A stretch of DNA of 64,000 nt. Source: an uncultured Chloroflexia bacterium (GTDB taxonomy: Bacteria > Chloroflexota > Limnocylindria > Limnocylindrales > CSP1-4). The DNA lies in contig CAWBQM010000004.1 in NCBI GenBank assembly GCA_963790955.1, positions 23,643 through 87,642 on the forward strand. Reading direction: 5' to 3'. The notes under the pieces are model-generated. The model did not search any database. It was not told the origin of the DNA and saw only the letters and a list, made by a program, of their open reading frames with translations. A program made the position numbers and the translations under genes. Numbering within the stretch: position 1 is the first letter of the stretch; each line of letters begins with the position of its first letter. This document shows positions 47,378 through 58,869 of this stretch, piece after piece.

Positions 47378-50074
47378 TCAGACGACCGCGGCAGCCACGC
47401 CCTCAGCGTCCGACAGACAGATCGATGGCTCGCTGACGATCAGATGATGTCGTCCGGGTGCGAGCTCGATCGAGCGCCCTGCCGTCGGTCTCGTCCCGTC
47501 GACGGCGACCTGCGACCTCGCGGTCGCCGGCGGCACGAATGTCCCCTTCGTCCCGAACGGGAGCTCGATGTCCGCCTCGAAGCGTCCGTTCTCGAGCCGC
47601 CAGTCAATGGACACCGTGCCGTAGGCGGACTCGACCGATCCCCTCGCCCACGTGATGCCCCGGACTGGCTTCGGTGCCAACACCGCGCGCGTGTAGCCAG
47701 GTCGCGAGCGGTCCGGGGCCACGCCCGCCAGGTGACGGTAGACCCAATCGATTACCGCGCCATAGGCGTAGTGATTGAAGGACAGCATGTGACCTTCCGC
47801 GCCGTTGCCGGAGATCGGAGCCATTGTCCCCGGATGGATGGAGCCGTCGGACTGGATCGCGTCCCAGCGCTCCCATACGGTCGTGGCGCCGTGTTCGACC
47901 TGGTACAACCAGGACGGCCGCTCGGTGCGCAGCAACATGCGGTAGGCCTCATCGAAGAGGCCGGCGTCCGCGAGTGCCGGCAGGATCAGTGGGGTTCCGA
48001 GGAATCCGGTGGCGACTCGCCCATCGGAGTCGCTGACCAAGCTGGCGAGCGCGGCTTCGACCGAATTGCGCGCATCAGCGGGTGCGATCCGAAACTGCAG
48101 GGCAATCGCGCAACCGGTCTGCGTGCGCAACGCGTCCGACGACCATCGACTCCACGTCGCTCTCGAGACGCGTTCGGCAAGCGATCGGTAGCGAGCGGCA
48201 GCCGTCGGATCACCGACGACGACGGCTGCATCTGCGAGCAATCCGGCACTGTGCGCGAAGAAGCCGTTGGCGATGAACTCGGCGTTGGTCTTCGCCTCCC
48301 AGGGTCGATGCGAGGGCGCATCCGGGTCGAGCCAGTCGCCAAATTGCCACGAAGGCTCGAGCAGGCCATCCCGTCGTTGGCGCCGAACCAGCGAATCCAC
48401 CCACCGCTTCATGCTGGCGAACTGGCGCCTCAAGACCGCTGGATCGCCGTTCGACTCGTACAGTGCCCACGGCACGATCGTGGCGGCGTCCGCCCAGCCG
48501 GCCCGGCCGAAGCGAGCGTCGCCTGACAGCACGACGTCCGGGACCACGCTCGACACGCCCAGGTCGTCGTCCTGATCGAGATCGAGGTCACGAAGCCAGC
48601 TCTGGAGGAATGCCTCCGAGTCGAACAGGGTGCATGCCGTCGGAGCGAACGCCTGGACGTCTCCGGTCCAACCCAGCCGTTCGTCACGCTGGGGGCAGTC
48701 GGTCGGGATCGACACGAAGTTCGAGCGTTGCGACCAGAGCGCGTTCTCGTGAAGCCGGTTGAGGCGCTCGTCGGAGCACGCGAAGCGGCCCCGGCGAGGA
48801 AGATCGCTGCTCATGGCCACGACCTCGGCCGAGAGCACTTCGGCTGGAGTCTCGACGTCCGCATATCGGAAGCCATGAAACGTGAACGGCGGCTGGAGCA
48901 CCTCCTCTCCCTCGGCGCCGAGCACGTAGTCGTCCGTCGCGCGAGCCGATCGCAGCGCCAGGGTGTGAAGAGTGCCGTCCGGCTCGACGACCTCAGCGTG
49001 TCGGACCGTCACGCGATCGCCGGGCCTGCCCCTGACCCGAAGGCGAACGAAGCCGGCCAGGTTCTGGCCGCTGTCGAGCCGAAGGCGACCGTCCGGGCGG
49101 CGCACTGGCTCAACACGTCTGGTCTGGATCTCGCAGACGGGCGGCGTCATGCGAGCCTCGATCATTCGAGGATCGAACGGAATTGAGATCGGCGGCGACC
49201 AGGTCGTGTCGTCGAATCCGGCTTGATCCCAACCGGCTTGGCGCTCGCGCAGATCGACCGTCGCGCCGTCGTACAGGTCGGCCGCGCGCACCTCTCCGCA
49301 GGACGCCCGCCACGTCTCGTCGGAGACCACGATGGCGGTCTGCCCGTCCACGAGCTCCGTCTCGAGCTGAAGCACGAGGCCCACATCCTGGCCGTAACGG
49401 CACCGGTCGTGGTCCGGTTCCCAGCCCAATCGACCGCGGTACCAACCATCCCCAAGCACGGCGCCAATCGCATTGATGCCCGGTCGCAGCAGTGCCGTCA
49501 CGTCATGCGTATCGGCCAGCAGGCGATTCTGGTAACTGGTCCAGCCCGGCGACAGGAGCTGCCGGCCGATGCGGCTGCCGTTGATGCGTATCTCATGGAC
49601 GCCGAAGGAGGTGACGTACAGACGCGCGCGACGCGGCTCGCTCGCTAACGGGAACTCCCGCCGCAAACAGGGAGCTGGCGCGGATCGTCCGCGTCCAGGG
49701 TCAGCGGCAAGAGTGATCGCTGATGCGCGCCAGTCAGACGCGCGAAACAGGCCGGCTTCGATCCTCAGTGGCGCGCTCCAGTCGCTGTCGCCCTCCTCGG
49801 TGCGGACGCGGACGCGATAGTGCCGAACTTCCCGGCTCTGGAGCGCCGGCCCCGGCGCCGGGATCCCGATTTGTGCGCTGCCGGACACGTCGCCAGTGCT
49901 GGCCAGCGGCTCCTCGAACCCGGGCGATGTCGCCGCCTGGACTTCATACCCCAACTGGCGACCGCCGGCTCGCCCCGATTCCACCCGCCAGGTCAGCCTC
50001 GGGCGTTCGGAACCGAAGGCGAGGACGCCAACCGCGAGCTGCGACCGAAGCGACACGACGCGCGGGCCGCGGCC
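47378..50074 (-). CDS. alpha-L-rhamnosidase (GH78), intact
   Basis: All GH78 domains are in one frame: N-terminus LTWRVESG, ARLYVTSFGVHEIRINGSRIG, FTFHGFRYADVE, TDCPQRDERLGWTGD, GATTVWERWD, and the C-terminal WARGSVESAYGTVSIDWRL. The start is probably MGRGPRVVSL. Confidence 0.85.
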   Translation of the reverse strand, partial: GRGPRVVSLRSQLAVGVLAFGSERPRLTWRVESGRAGGRQLGYEVQAATSPGFEEPLASTGDVSGSAQIGIPAPGPALQSREVRHYRVRVRTEEGDSDWSAPLRIEAGLFRASDWRASAITLAADPGRGRSAPAPCLRREFPLASEPRRARLYVTSFGVHEIRINGSRIGRQLLSPGWTSYQNRLLADTHDVTALLRPGINAIGAVLGDGWYRGRLGWEPDHDRCRYGQDVGLVLQLETELVDGQTAIVVSDETWRASCGEVRAADLYDGATVDLRERQAGWDQAGFDDTTWSPPISIPFDPRMIEARMTPPVCEIQTRRVEPVRRPDGRLRLDSGQNLAGFVRLRVRGRPGDRVTVRHAEVVEPDGTLHTLALRSARATDDYVLGAEGEEVLQPPFTFHGFRYADVETPAEVLSAEVVAMSSDLPRRGRFACSDERLNRLHENALWSQRSNFVSIPTDCPQRDERLGWTGDVQAFAPTACTLFDSEAFLQSWLRDLDLDQDDDLGVSSVVPDVVLSGDARFGRAGWADAATIVPWALYESNGDPAVLRRQFASMKRWVDSLVRRQRRDGLLEPSWQFGDWLDPDAPSHRPWEAKTNAEFIANGFFAHSAGLLADAAVVVGDPTAAARYRSLAERVSRATWSRWSSDALRTQTGCAIALQFRIAPADARNSVEAALASLVSDSDGRVATGFLGTPLILPALADAGLFDEAYRMLLRTERPSWLYQVEHGATTVWERWDAIQSDGSIHPGTMAPISGNGAEGHMLSFNHYAYGAVIDWVYRHLAGVAPDRSRPGYTRAVLAPKPVRGITWARGSVESAYGTVSIDWRLENGRFEADIELPFGTKGTFVPPATARSQVAVDGTRPTAGRSIELAPGRHHLIVSEPSICLSDAEGVAAAVV

Positions 50075-50133
50075 CATCACAACCGGTACTCCTCGCCCAT
50101 TGCGGTACCTCGACGCTCCTCTCGGCTTCGCGC

Positions 50134-50985
50134 CTATCCCTTGATGGCGCCTGCGGTCATGCCGGACACAATCTGTCGTTGGAAGAAGATGAACATGATC
50201 ATCGGCGGAATCGTGATCAGCAGCACGTCCGCAAACAGCAGATTCCACCTCGTGCTGAATTGGCTCTGGTAGTTGAACAGCGTCAGCTGCACCGTTGCGT
50301 TCTCACTCCCGGGCAGGAAGTAGAGTGGGTTCACGAAATCGTTGTAGATCGCGACCGACGCTACGACGATCACGGTTACTATCGCGGGCCGAAGCAACGG
50401 CAGAATGACCCGTACGAACAGCATCGTCGGCGACGCGCCGTCCATGACCGCCGCTTCGTCCAGCTCTCGTGGTATTGCGGATACAAACGTCCTGAAGATG
50501 AGGATCGAGAACGGCATGAGAAACGTGACTTCGACGAGGATGAGACCGATCAACGTCTTGAACAGCCCGATAGATTGGAGGACGTAGATCGTCGGGACGA
50601 TGGCCGGCGGGATAACGAGCCCGGCGAGCATCAGCGCGTTCACAAGCGCACCGGTTCGATCGGTTCTACGCTGGAGGACGTATCCCACCATGGCTGATAG
50701 AACAACGATCAATGCCACCGATGCTACCGTCAACATCAGACTGTTCCGCATTGCAGTGACCATGAGGTTGTCGCGAGTCCCGATCACTTCCTCAAGGTTC
50801 TGAACGAGCTGCCAGGATGAAGGGGCCGAGAACTCGAGATGGGATGCGTCAACGCGATTCTTCGCCGCGGTAAGCACGATGAAGATGAATGGGATTACGA
50901 AGACAATGCTTGCAACTGCCAGCGATATGACCTCGAGCCAGGTCGATCGGACAACTCGCAAGACCCTCACAATTCGATCTCGTGG
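50134..50985 (-). CDS. carbohydrate ABC transporter permease (MalG-like)
   Basis: Six TM helices and an EAA-like loop (DEAAVMDGASPTMLFVRVILPLLRPA). The N-terminal 90 aa of the ORF-track protein is an alternative-frame artefact. Confidence 0.75.
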   Translation of the reverse strand, partial: PRDRIVRVLRVVRSTWLEVISLAVASIVFVIPFIFIVLTAAKNRVDASHLEFSAPSSWQLVQNLEEVIGTRDNLMVTAMRNSLMLTVASVALIVVLSAMVGYVLQRRTDRTGALVNALMLAGLVIPPAIVPTIYVLQSIGLFKTLIGLILVEVTFLMPFSILIFRTFVSAIPRELDEAAVMDGASPTMLFVRVILPLLRPAIVTVIVVASVAIYNDFVNPLYFLPGSENATVQLTLFNYQSQFSTRWNLLFADVLLITIPPMIMFIFFQRQIVSGMTAGAIKG

Positions 50986-51923
50986 CGGTTGAAGAAACGC
51001 AGCATCGGGAAGACGATCAATGTCACTGCGATGAATAGGATCACGTTGCCGGCCGTTGCCAGCCCGTAGAACCCGGCCTGATATTGCTTGTAGATCGTCG
51101 ATGCGATTACGTCGGTGGTGAATCCTGGGCCGCCGCGCGTCATCGTCCAAATGAGGTCGAATGTACGAAGTCCACCGATGAACGAGAGCAGGATCACGGT
51201 GAACGTCGCGTTGCGGCTCAAGGGAAGAATGACGTACCGGAACTTGACCCACGCGCCGCCTTCGAGACGTGCCGCGTCGAAGTACTCTTCAGGTACCGAC
51301 AGGATGCCGGCGATGAAGATGACCAGTGCGATGCCCACGCCCTTCCAGACATCGACGAGGGCGACCGACAGGAGTGCGATGCTCGGGTCGGTCAGCCACG
51401 ACGGCCCGTCGATGCCTAATATTTCGAGCGTCCGATTGATCAGGCCTGTCGACGGGTGCATCAGAACGGCAAACGTGATGCCCACAGCCACGGTGCTCAC
51501 GAGCACGGGGAAGAACACGAGCGAGCGCAGGAGATTGCGCACTCGCAGACGCGAGGTCAGCAGGGTGGCAAGCAACAGGCCGATCACGACCTTGAGTCCA
51601 CTCGTGACCACGGCATAGACGACCGTGTTGCGGGCTCCCATCGTGAGGGAGGGCTCGCGAAAGAATTGCACGAAGTTGTCGAGTCCAACAAAGTCGGCCG
51701 TGAACAGGGTCCAACGCGTCATGCTGTAGTAGAACGACAGGACGGTTGGAACGACGAAGATGACGCCGAAAATTATCCCGGCGGGCAGGTAGAACCAGTG
51801 CGGGTATGAGGCGACCTTGATGTCGCGCAGCGAGTGGGTCGCCTCGTCCGCGTCGAGGACTCGCTGAACGGGCACGACCAGCACCGGGGCCGGGCCACGC
51901 GCTCCGGCCCCCTTGTTGCCCAT
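50967..51923 (-). CDS. carbohydrate ABC transporter permease (MalF-like)
   Basis: Six TM helices and an EAA loop (FDAARLEGGAWVKFRYVILPLSR). Confidence 0.8.
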   Translation of the reverse strand: MGNKGAGARGPAPVLVVPVQRVLDADEATHSLRDIKVASYPHWFYLPAGIIFGVIFVVPTVLSFYYSMTRWTLFTADFVGLDNFVQFFREPSLTMGARNTVVYAVVTSGLKVVIGLLLATLLTSRLRVRNLLRSLVFFPVLVSTVAVGITFAVLMHPSTGLINRTLEILGIDGPSWLTDPSIALLSVALVDVWKGVGIALVIFIAGILSVPEEYFDAARLEGGAWVKFRYVILPLSRNATFTVILLSFIGGLRTFDLIWTMTRGGPGFTTDVIASTIYKQYQAGFYGLATAGNVILFIAVTLIVFPMLRFFNRHEIEL

Positions 51924-51950
51924 CGGCGTCTTGCTCGCCGTCTCGGCCCC

Positions 51951-53333
51951 TTACCAGCCGGGCAGCCCGAGCTGCTTTGCCTGCTTCTCCACGTCCTGGT
52001 CGTAGAGCTTGGCGCCCTCAGCCGCAGTGTTCAACCCGGAGCCAACCGCGACGGTGATCTGCTCGAGTGACGGACCCTTCACGGGCGAGAGGAACTCGAG
52101 CGCAGGCGCAGCGGCATTGTTGTCGATGTACGGCTGGATGTCCTTGACCGCCTGCATCGTGTCGGCAGGCAAAGTCGCCCCCTTCACGACGTATGGACCC
52201 GTCGGCGGAACAGCCTTGGTGAGCGCATCCGCACCGGGCACCGAGGCAATGAAGGCCAGGAACTGTTTTGCGGCATCAATGTGCTTGCTGGTCTTGGCGA
52301 TGTACACGGCTGATGGCATCCAGATCGTGGCGCAGTTCTTGGACGCGTCACTGCCCGGCTGCCCGAAGAACCCGATATCGCCGATGGCCTCCGGATGATT
52401 CGTCTGGATGGTGGCCAGCGCAAACGTGAGCATCGGGTACTGGGCGATCTTGCCTTCGGCCAGGAGGTTGAGCCCGTCATCGAGCTTCGCCGAGCCGAAG
52501 TCCTTCTGCCACCACCCCTTCTTGTATCCTTCCTCGAGGCGCTGGAAGCTCTCGAGGGCCGCCGGGGTATCGGCGTAGTGCGCCTGGTTCGCCGTGTACT
52601 TCTCAACGAAGTCGGGCACCTCGGCGAGCACGTTGCAGTTATTGGCAAGGACGAAGAGTTGTGAGGTCCAAGTGTCACCGAAAGTAGCACCTACTGGCGC
52701 GACTCCGGCCGCCTTGATCTTCTGATTATTCGCCTCGAACTCCGCCCACGACTTTGGAACGGATAGGCCGAGCTGCGTGAATACCTTCTTGTTGTAGAGG
52801 ATGCCGCCGCCCATGGCGGTCTGGCTGGGGACTCCGAAGATCTTTCCTCCCTGGGAGACCGTTGGCAGGAACGAGTCGGCGATGTTCTGGATGAATGGCT
52901 CTCCAGAAAGGTCAACCATCGATTCGGACGGGTTGAGCGCCTGAAGAAGTGACCCGGAGTTGTACCAGAAGACATCGTCCATCTCGCCCGTGGCCAGGCG
53001 GGTCTTGACGATGTTGTCGCCTTCGGTGCCACCCGGAACGGTTTCGAAGTCGAACGTGACGTTGGGATTGAGCGCCGTGTAGGCATCCGCGAGCGCATGA
53101 GCGCTCGTTTGAACCGCTTCGACGTCGCCGACCATGAAACTGAGCTTGACTGGCCCGGCGGCCGGACTCGGGCTCGCCGACGTTGGAGCGCTCGCGGCGC
53201 TCGGGCTTGTCGCGCCCGACGAAACCTCAGGCGTGGGTGACGATCCCCCAAATCCTCCGGAGCACGCCGTCGCGATCAGCATGACCGCGATGCCAAGGAC
53301 ACGCAGTCGGGTCGGTGCCGTAGCCATCATCCT
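51951..53333 (-). CDS. sugar ABC transporter substrate-binding lipoprotein
   Basis: A lipobox (LIATACSGG) followed by an extracellular solute-binding fold of about 430 aa. Confidence 0.8.
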   Translation of the reverse strand, partial: RMMATAPTRLRVLGIAVMLIATACSGGFGGSSPTPEVSSGATSPSAASAPTSASPSPAAGPVKLSFMVGDVEAVQTSAHALADAYTALNPNVTFDFETVPGGTEGDNIVKTRLATGEMDDVFWYNSGSLLQALNPSESMVDLSGEPFIQNIADSFLPTVSQGGKIFGVPSQTAMGGGILYNKKVFTQLGLSVPKSWAEFEANNQKIKAAGVAPVGATFGDTWTSQLFVLANNCNVLAEVPDFVEKYTANQAHYADTPAALESFQRLEEGYKKGWWQKDFGSAKLDDGLNLLAEGKIAQYPMLTFALATIQTNHPEAIGDIGFFGQPGSDASKNCATIWMPSAVYIAKTSKHIDAAKQFLAFIASVPGADALTKAVPPTGPYVVKGATLPADTMQAVKDIQPYIDNNAAAPALEFLSPVKGPSLEQITVAVGSGLNTAAEGAKLYDQDVEKQAKQLGLPGW

Positions 53334-53732
53334 CCTCTCGGCTCCTCGCCCAGGGACCACGGGGCCGGCGCTTGGCGCACGGGGCATGGTCGACACTGAC
53401 TCGGGCTGTGCCTGGCTGCATCCCGCCGACCGACGCAGGACCCGGATCTACGCGTGGCACTCGTGTCGTGCCCCCGCTCCGCTGGCAGACGGGCATTTAC
53501 ACGTTTCAGCACGGAGACGCTACAGTACCCCGTCGGACACTGTCAAGGTGGCGGACAGGACGCCGCTACCGGTCGGCGGAAGGAGCGCGGTTGCACTCTT
53601 CCGGACTGCGTACAATCGAAACCTGGGGGAACAATCGAAACCCCCGGCTCATGACGAGGCGAGTCCCCAGGTTCGCAGCCGTACAGCCAGGACGTGTTTT
53701 ACGGCACACGAACGCCGGCGCATTCGAGGTGA

Positions 53733-54738
53733 GATGAGTCCGAGCCCAAGCGGACGGGTGACCAGCGCCGACGTCGCACGTCGGGCGGGAGTGTCTCGCG
53801 CAACCGTCAGCTACGTCGTCAACGCCGTTGCCGCGGTCCGGATCCCGACAGAGACGCGGCGGCGTGTGCTGGCAGCCGCCGCCGAGCTCGGATACAGTCA
53901 GTATGGTCCCGGGCGAACGCTCAAGAGCGGCCGAAGCGACGTCGTCCTCTTCGTACTAAGCGATTTGCCGGTAGGTCACGCGGTCAACTCGATGCTCGAT
54001 GAACTCGAGGCGAAGCTGGCCGCCAATCATCTCAGCCTCGTCCTGTTCCGTGTAAGCGCACGCGGAAATCCGGTGTCCCGGATCTGGCGCGAGATCGGGC
54101 CCTGCGCGGTGATCGGGATGGACTCGATCGAGCCCAGTCTCGCGCGTGAGATGCGGGCCGCCGGAACGGACGTGTTCCAGCTCGATCTGGCTGCGGGCGA
54201 TGGTCCCGGCGTGCTGACCCAGTCTCAGTCAGAGGTCGGCGAGACCCAGGTGCGTTACCTGGCAGGCCGTGGTCACGCGAGGCTCGGGTATGCCTATCCG
54301 GACGATCCGCGCGTCGAGACGTTTGCGCGCCTGCGCCTGCAGGGCGCCCGACAGGCGATCCGCGAACTCGCGTTGCCCGATCCCGATGTGCGCACGGTTC
54401 CGCTCGAGCCAACACTCGCGGCGACCGCCGTCGAATCCTGGCCTGACGAGCCGACCGGTGTTACCGCCGTGTGCGCCTACAACGACACGGTGGCATTCGC
54501 CGTGCTGGCGGGACTGCGCATGAACGGTATCGCCGTGCCCGCCAGGGTTGCGGTCATCGGCGTCGACAATGATCCTGTGGGCGCTCTGGTCAGCCCGGGC
54601 TTGACGACGATCGACACGCGACATGTCGAGGTCGCCCACGAGCTTGCACGACTCGTGATCGCGGCCCGCGAGCGTGACGGCGGTGGGATTCAGGCGGTCC
54701 CGCAGCAGTCCAGGGTCATCGTCCGCCAGTCTGCGTAA
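53733..54738 (+). CDS. LacI-family transcriptional regulator
   Basis: An N-terminal HTH (VTSADVARRAGVSRATVSYVVN) plus a periplasmic-binding-like sugar domain. The upstream part of the 534-aa ORF is an artefact. Confidence 0.85.
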
Positions 54739-54934
54739 GCCAGCCTCGGGGCATCGCCCCGGGGAACCCGCGGCTTGGGCGCCTCGCCGGCTCTTGACAG
54801 CAGATGACGTGACGTCGTAGCGTGCCGGGGGCCCTGGTTACACGTGTCACTAAAGATACATCTCACGTGACTTGACGCCCTGCTGAGGTGCGCCGCTCCT
54901 GCGGGCCGCCCCCGTGGACATGGACGAAGGGGTT

Positions 54935-57247
54935 CCGATGAAGGCGGCGGAGGACTATCTCGAGGCGCTGACGCTCGAAGAGAAGACGTCGCTGCTGACC
55001 GGCGACACGGCATGGACGACCGTGGCCGTGCCACGCCTGGGCCTGCCGGCCATTCGAATGGCGGACGGGCCGCACGGCGTGCGCAAGACCCGAGAGTCCG
55101 CCTCGATGGCGTTCTCGGCGCACCCGGCGACATGCTTCCCCACTGCCTCGTGCACCTCGGCCACCTGGGATCCCGATCTTCTGAAGACAATGGGTCGCGC
55201 CATCGCCGCGGAGGCCATCGCACTGGGCGTGGACGTCGTCCTCGGTCCCGGCGTCAACATGAAGCGGTCACCGTTGTGCGGCCGCAACTTCGAATACTTC
55301 TCAGAGGACCCATATCTGGCAGGTCGACTGGCGGCGGCCTGGATCGAGGGCGTGCAATCGCTCGGAGTTGGGGCGTCGCTCAAGCATTTCGCGGTGAACA
55401 ATCAGGAAACGCGACGGATGTCGGTCAGCGCAGACGTCGACGAGCGCACCCTTCGAGAGCTATATCTGCCCGCGTTCGAGCGTGCGATCCAGACAGCCCG
55501 GCCATGGACCGTGATGTGCTCGTACAACCGCATCAACGGCGTGTACGCCTCCGAACATCGGGCCCTCCTGACCGACGTCCTTCGCCAGGACTGGGGATTC
55601 GATGGCGTCGTCGTCTCCGACTGGGCGGCGGTCCACGATCGACCCGCCGCGTTGGCCGCAGGACTCGACCTCGAGATGCCCGGCCCCCGTCCGAGGCGCG
55701 TCCAAGCTGTCGTCGACGCCGTGCGGGCCGGGCTTCTGGACGAGGCCACCGTCGACCAGGCCGTCCTGCGGATTCTCCGGCTGATCGTGCGCGCAGCATC
55801 GTCACCCAAGCGTGGATCCTTCAGCCAGGCAGCGCACCACATGCTGGCGCGACGGATCGCCGCCGACGGCATGGTCCTGCTGAAGAACGAGGGCATCCTC
55901 CCGCTCGCACCGGAAGGCAGGCTCGCCGTGATCGGGCGGGCTGCAGTCGTGCCGCGCATACAGGGCGGTGGGAGCTCACAAATCACGCCAACCCGGGTCG
56001 ACGTTCCGCTCGAGGAGATCGCGCGATTGGCGCCTCGCGCGCACATCACGTATGCGCAAGGCTATGACGAACACGGGGCCCGACCCGAGCTCGTCGCCGA
56101 GGCTGTCGAGGTCGCGGCTCGTTGCGAAATCGCCATCCTATTTGTCGCGTTGCCGCCGGCCAAGGAATCGGAGGGCGCCGATCGGCCTGATCTGGACTTG
56201 ACCGATCAACAGGTCGCCCTACTCCGCGCAGTCGCGGACGCGCAACCCCGCACCGTTGTCGTGCTGTTCAGCGGCTCCGCCGTGGCGCTCGAACCATGGA
56301 TCGACGGGGCGGCGGCCGTGCTCGAGGCATGGTATTCGGGCCAATCGACGGGCGGAGCGGTCGCGGACATCCTCTTCGGTGTCGTGAACCCATCGGGGCG
56401 GCTGGCAGAGACGTTCCCGATCCGTGTCGAGGACACCCCGTCCTATTTGAACTTCCCGGGCGACGGCGACCACGTGCGATATGGCGAGGGACTGTTCATC
56501 GGCTACAGGTGGTACGACGCCAAACGCCAAGAGGTTATGTTTCCGTTCGGACACGGTCTGTCCTACACGTCCTTCGCATACGCCAACGCGCGCGCGTCGA
56601 TGACCGCCTTCGACGAGACCGACGGCACGACAGTCTCGGTCGACGTGACAAACACCGGATCGCGCGTCGGGAGCGAGGTCGTCCAGATCTACGTTCGCCA
56701 TCTGAGGCCACCGTTTCCGCGCCCGGACAAGGAGCTTCGGGGCTTCGAGAAAGTCCATCTCGAGCCGGGCGAGACACGGACAGTCGAGATCCACCTGGAG
56801 GGTCGTGCCTTCGCCGGCTGGGATCCAGCCAGCCATGCCTGGACTGCTGCCGAGGGACGGTACGAGGTCCTCGTCGGGTCGTCATCCGCCAGCATCCACG
56901 CCGTGATCCCGGTCGAGCTCGTCTCGGCCTGGTCTCGGCCATCGAGACTGAGCGCGCAATCGCCTGTCCTCGACTGGGTCATCGATCCTGTCGGACGGGG
57001 TGCTGCTCGGGTTCTGCTCCAGGAGCTGGCGCCCATCCTGGGCGAGACGTTCGACGAGGCCGTCGATGACGGTCTCGATGGCGGACCCCATTTCCATAGC
57101 TTCTTCGGGCCGATGCCCGTGGAAGACCTGCTCGAGTTTGCCGCTGCGGCGGGAGGCCCTGATCCCGAGACGCGGCTGCTTGAGTTGATGAGCGCCGTCC
57201 AGGGCGACGCCGGCCAGGACGAACCACTCCGCGATCAGGCGGACTGA
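54935..57247 (+). CDS. GH3-family beta-glucosidase (BglX-like)
   Basis: GH3 N-terminal domain (KHFAVNNQE, SDWAAVHD, GLDLEMPG), an alpha/beta sandwich, and a C-terminal Fn3-like domain. Confidence 0.85.
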   Translation, partial: PMKAAEDYLEALTLEEKTSLLTGDTAWTTVAVPRLGLPAIRMADGPHGVRKTRESASMAFSAHPATCFPTASCTSATWDPDLLKTMGRAIAAEAIALGVDVVLGPGVNMKRSPLCGRNFEYFSEDPYLAGRLAAAWIEGVQSLGVGASLKHFAVNNQETRRMSVSADVDERTLRELYLPAFERAIQTARPWTVMCSYNRINGVYASEHRALLTDVLRQDWGFDGVVVSDWAAVHDRPAALAAGLDLEMPGPRPRRVQAVVDAVRAGLLDEATVDQAVLRILRLIVRAASSPKRGSFSQAAHHMLARRIAADGMVLLKNEGILPLAPEGRLAVIGRAAVVPRIQGGGSSQITPTRVDVPLEEIARLAPRAHITYAQGYDEHGARPELVAEAVEVAARCEIAILFVALPPAKESEGADRPDLDLTDQQVALLRAVADAQPRTVVVLFSGSAVALEPWIDGAAAVLEAWYSGQSTGGAVADILFGVVNPSGRLAETFPIRVEDTPSYLNFPGDGDHVRYGEGLFIGYRWYDAKRQEVMFPFGHGLSYTSFAYANARASMTAFDETDGTTVSVDVTNTGSRVGSEVVQIYVRHLRPPFPRPDKELRGFEKVHLEPGETRTVEIHLEGRAFAGWDPASHAWTAAEGRYEVLVGSSSASIHAVIPVELVSAWSRPSRLSAQSPVLDWVIDPVGRGAARVLLQELAPILGETFDEAVDDGLDGGPHFHSFFGPMPVEDLLEFAAAAGGPDPETRLLELMSAVQGDAGQDEPLRDQAD

Positions 57248-57488
57248 CTCGGCGCAGCTATCTCCCCCAGCCCGCCGGGCCCGCCAATTCCGGTACGTGC
57301 TTGTCGCTCAGATGCGGGCGCTTCGCAACCCTTCGTGACATCTCCTTCGGGTTTGCTGTTCTCCATGAACGCGCGGCAGCACGTGGCGAGCAGCCTGGGG
57401 CCATGGGCGGAGGAGTCCGAAATGGCCTCGATCCTGCATGCGCCGACGCGAGAAGCGAGGTCGCTTCGAGTCGCCGTCGAGGTCCAAG

Positions 57489-57963
57489 GGTGACCTCGCC
57501 GTTCGACGCCGGGCGCCTCGTGCGGCGCTTCGTGCACGAGGACGCCTGCGGGCTGGAGCACGACTTCGACGCCGCCGACTGCCTCGCGGTCGACCGGCCG
57601 GCGGCGGAGCTCCTGGCGCGCCTGCGGGCCGGCGGCATCGGCGTGGTCCCGCTCGAATCGGTCGGCTGGCTCGAGCAGGCATTCGCCGAGCTCGTCGAGA
57701 AGTTGCCCGAGGAGGAGGCCGCGAGCGCCGCCCCGTGGTGGTTCGAGGAGCTCAACCATGGCCAGGTTCGGCTCCGGACGCGCATGGCCGACGGCAGGAT
57801 CGTGCGTGGCGAGCTCGTGCCGCACTACCAGGCGGTCGTCGACCTCGTCGCGCTCAACCGGGATCACCCGCCGGGCAGCGTGTCGGCGATCATCGAGGAC
57901 GAGGCGGACTGGATCAAGGACCTGCTCAATCGCGGGGACAGCGCCGGCGAGGCAGCCGCCTGA
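57489..57963 (+). CDS. hypothetical protein
   Basis: An approximately 158-aa acidic protein from a GTG start. It looks more coding-like than the overlapping minus-strand ORF. No recognisable motif. Confidence 0.3.
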
Positions 57964-57993
57964 GACGCGTTGGCTGCGACCGGCGACGATCCG

Positions 57994-58869
57994 TCAGCTA
58001 CCGCGCCAGCGCCAGTCCATCGTCGCCAGGAGGGGTTCGCCAGGCACAACTACGGTCGGGTCCGTGTTGACCGCGTTCGGCGGCGCGGTCTGGGGCTCCA
58101 CGCACAGCGCGTCGTCTGGCTCCGTGAACACCACCCAGTACTGAGCGCTCGATGCGATCGAGAGCTCGAGCAGGTCGGGCCAGTGCAGGGTCGGCGCAGC
58201 ACGGACGTCGGTGAAGCAATCGTCCCAGGGTCCGGACGTCGGATGGATCAGCTCGCCCGACGGCAGCCCTTCGGCGTCACGCTCGAGCATCCAGCCGGGG
58301 TCGAACGCGAGCTCGAGCGGCAGGTCTTCGCCCGGCCCGGCGTCGACCGAGGGACTCGGTCCCGGTCGTCGCCTGAACCAGGGATGCCAGCCGATGGACG
58401 CCGGCATCGGTTCGCCGGCCTCGAGTCGCAACGTCGCGGCGAGATGGTCGGGCTCGAGCCGGAGCTCCTGGACGACCCGTCCATCGAACGGCCAGCCCGG
58501 GCCGAGGTCGATCGAGAGGACCGCGGACGTTGCGTTCGACGACTCGACCGACCAGGCCCGGTCGAGCACCGTGCCGTGGATCGCGTGCGGCGGCATCCTC
58601 CGCTCGAGCTCGTGGTCGCGGCCCTCGAACGTGAGGCGCCCGTGCCGGATCCGGCCCGCGAACGGCACCATCGGGAAACAGCCCCACCAGATCGGGCCCG
58701 GACCCCGGGTCACGAGCAGCTCGCGGTTCGTGAACCGGAACGATGCCAGGCGACCGCCCTCACCCGGGCTGAGCTCGATCCGGACCGGTCCGGCTTCGAG
58801 CACCAGCCGTCCGTCGGAGGTTGGGCCCGTCGTCGGGCCTGTCGGCCCCGAGGTGTCGTGTGCGGTCAA
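57994..58869 (-). CDS. aldose 1-epimerase-family protein
   Basis: GWHPWF and HGT motifs of the galactose-mutarotase-like fold. Confidence 0.7.
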   Translation of the reverse strand: MTAHDTSGPTGPTTGPTSDGRLVLEAGPVRIELSPGEGGRLASFRFTNRELLVTRGPGPIWWGCFPMVPFAGRIRHGRLTFEGRDHELERRMPPHAIHGTVLDRAWSVESSNATSAVLSIDLGPGWPFDGRVVQELRLEPDHLAATLRLEAGEPMPASIGWHPWFRRRPGPSPSVDAGPGEDLPLELAFDPGWMLERDAEGLPSGELIHPTSGPWDDCFTDVRAAPTLHWPDLLELSIASSAQYWVVFTEPDDALCVEPQTAPPNAVNTDPTVVVPGEPLLATMDWRWRGS